The translations under genes were made by a program, and so were the position numbers. A stretch of DNA of 64,000 nucleotides from IMG/VR virus record IMGVR_UViG_3300050343_000067, positions 13,716 through 77,715 of that record. One strand, given 5' to 3'. This DNA is from a virus (Duplodnaviria > Caudoviricetes). Shown piece by piece: positions 62,774-64,000 of this stretch; the stretch's first letter is position 1, and each line of letters begins with the position of its first letter. The notes below the pieces were generated by a model. It saw only the letters and a program-made list of their open reading frames with translations, had not been told where the DNA came from and ran no database searches.

Positions 62774-64000
62774 TTACGTTTGAAAAAGTTCGCTGGAAGA
62801 ATTTTCTTTCTACTGGCAACACATATACTGAAGTTGATCTGACCGCTAGTAAGACTAACCTTATTATTGGTACTAACGGAGCTGGTAAGAGTACCATCTT
62901 GGATGCTCTTACCTTTTCTTTGTTTGGCAAACCTTTTCGTAAGGTCAACAAACCAATGCTGGTCAACAGTGTTAACGAAAAAGATTGTCTAGTTGAGATT
63001 GAATTTACTACAGGACCAAATAAATTTCTTGTTAAACGTGGCATCAAGCCAGGTGTGTTTGAGATCTGGCAAAACGGATCTATGCTAGATCAATCCAGTA
63101 ATGTCTCTGACTATCAGAAACATCTGGAGCAAACGATTCTGAAGATGAACTATAAGTCCTTCACACAAATTGTTGTGCTAGGTTCGTCCACGTTCGTTCC
63201 GTTTATGAGATTACCTCTAGCACAACGTAGAGAAATTATTGAAGACATCTTGGACATTCAGATCTTTTCTGTGATGAACACAGCACTGAAAGATAAGATG
63301 AAAACTTCTAACGAAGAGATGCGTGATGTTGACTACAGTGTTGACATGGCGGAGCAAAAGATTTCTATGCAACGTCAGATGATTGAACAATTATCTACTC
63401 GTGACGAAGCAAATATCAAAGAGAAACAATCACGTATTGAAGAGTTGTTGGTGGAAGAAGAAACCTGTCAACGATCTGTATCTACACTATGTGAAGAATC
63501 TGAAAGACTTTGTGAAGATATGAAAAGTCTTTCAGCAGCAAATAAAAAATTGATAACTTTAAATAACTTGAAAGGAAAACTAACAAACAAGTTTTCTAGT
63601 TATAAGAAACAGCACGAATTTTTTGCAAAGAATGATACATGTCCTACGTGTAGTCAGTCAATCACACATGAGTTGAAAGAACAAAAGACTAGTGAGATTA
63701 CCTCAAAGTATAAAGAACTTGTCTCGGCAATCGAAGAGATTCATTCTAACATTGAAGACGAGCAGGCAAGAGACCAGCAGTACACTGTAAAAAATCAAGA
63801 AATGAATGGCATTCAACAGCAGATTGCTGGGTATAATGCTACTGTTAATCGTATCCATAAGAACGTCAAGCAACTCTTTTTGGATGTAGAAACATTACAA
63901 AATTCCAAGGATGATAAGTCTGAAGAGTATGAGAAGTTAAAATATCTAGAGAAGGAACATGATGATCTGAAAAAACAGATTGCTGTTGTCAAGAAAGAAC
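62770..64000 (+). CDS. gp46: Recombination ATPase gp46 (Rad50/SbcC-like), 3'-truncated
   Basis: MITFEKVRWKNFLSTGN, GTNGAGKST, QIVVLGSS, CPTC zinc hook; runs off the window. Confidence 0.94.
   Translation, partial: MITFEKVRWKNFLSTGNTYTEVDLTASKTNLIIGTNGAGKSTILDALTFSLFGKPFRKVNKPMLVNSVNEKDCLVEIEFTTGPNKFLVKRGIKPGVFEIWQNGSMLDQSSNVSDYQKHLEQTILKMNYKSFTQIVVLGSSTFVPFMRLPLAQRREIIEDILDIQIFSVMNTALKDKMKTSNEEMRDVDYSVDMAEQKISMQRQMIEQLSTRDEANIKEKQSRIEELLVEEETCQRSVSTLCEESERLCEDMKSLSAANKKLITLNNLKGKLTNKFSSYKKQHEFFAKNDTCPTCSQSITHELKEQKTSEITSKYKELVSAIEEIHSNIEDEQARDQQYTVKNQEMNGIQQQIAGYNATVNRIHKNVKQLFLDVETLQNSKDDKSEEYEKLKYLEKEHDDLKKQIAVVKKE

Noticed and set aside
1-64000. tRNA, rRNA, CRISPR array, integrase or transposase
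   Set aside because: None recognised by eye, and intergenic gaps are short; tRNAscan-SE and Infernal were not run

Overview
64 kb from a T4-like marine cyanophage (Kyanoviridae-type myovirus), almost all on the + strand. 1-28.5 kb and 34-40.2 kb hold large tail-fibre and virion proteins, including a subtilase, blue-copper-like domains and three ~8-10% Cys paralogs. 28.6-34 kb is an inserted sugar-modification cluster: GT9-like transferase, O-carbamoyltransferase, split HldE-like nucleotidyltransferase and kinase, HAD phosphatase, cupin and an inverted HldD epimerase. 40.2-64 kb is the T4 core (gp13-16, gp17-23, gp3, uvsY, uvsW, gp55, gp47, partial gp46). A variable island lies between gp16 and gp17 with petE and micro-ORFs missed by the ORF track, including a clear ndhP homolog and a possible ndhQ. 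About 10 genes, several essential, are broken by 1-nt indels, most likely sequencing errors. Best candidate for a new system: a self-contained carbamoyl-heptose glycosylation pathway beside the Cys-rich fibre genes. All calls come from motif recognition; no database searches were run.
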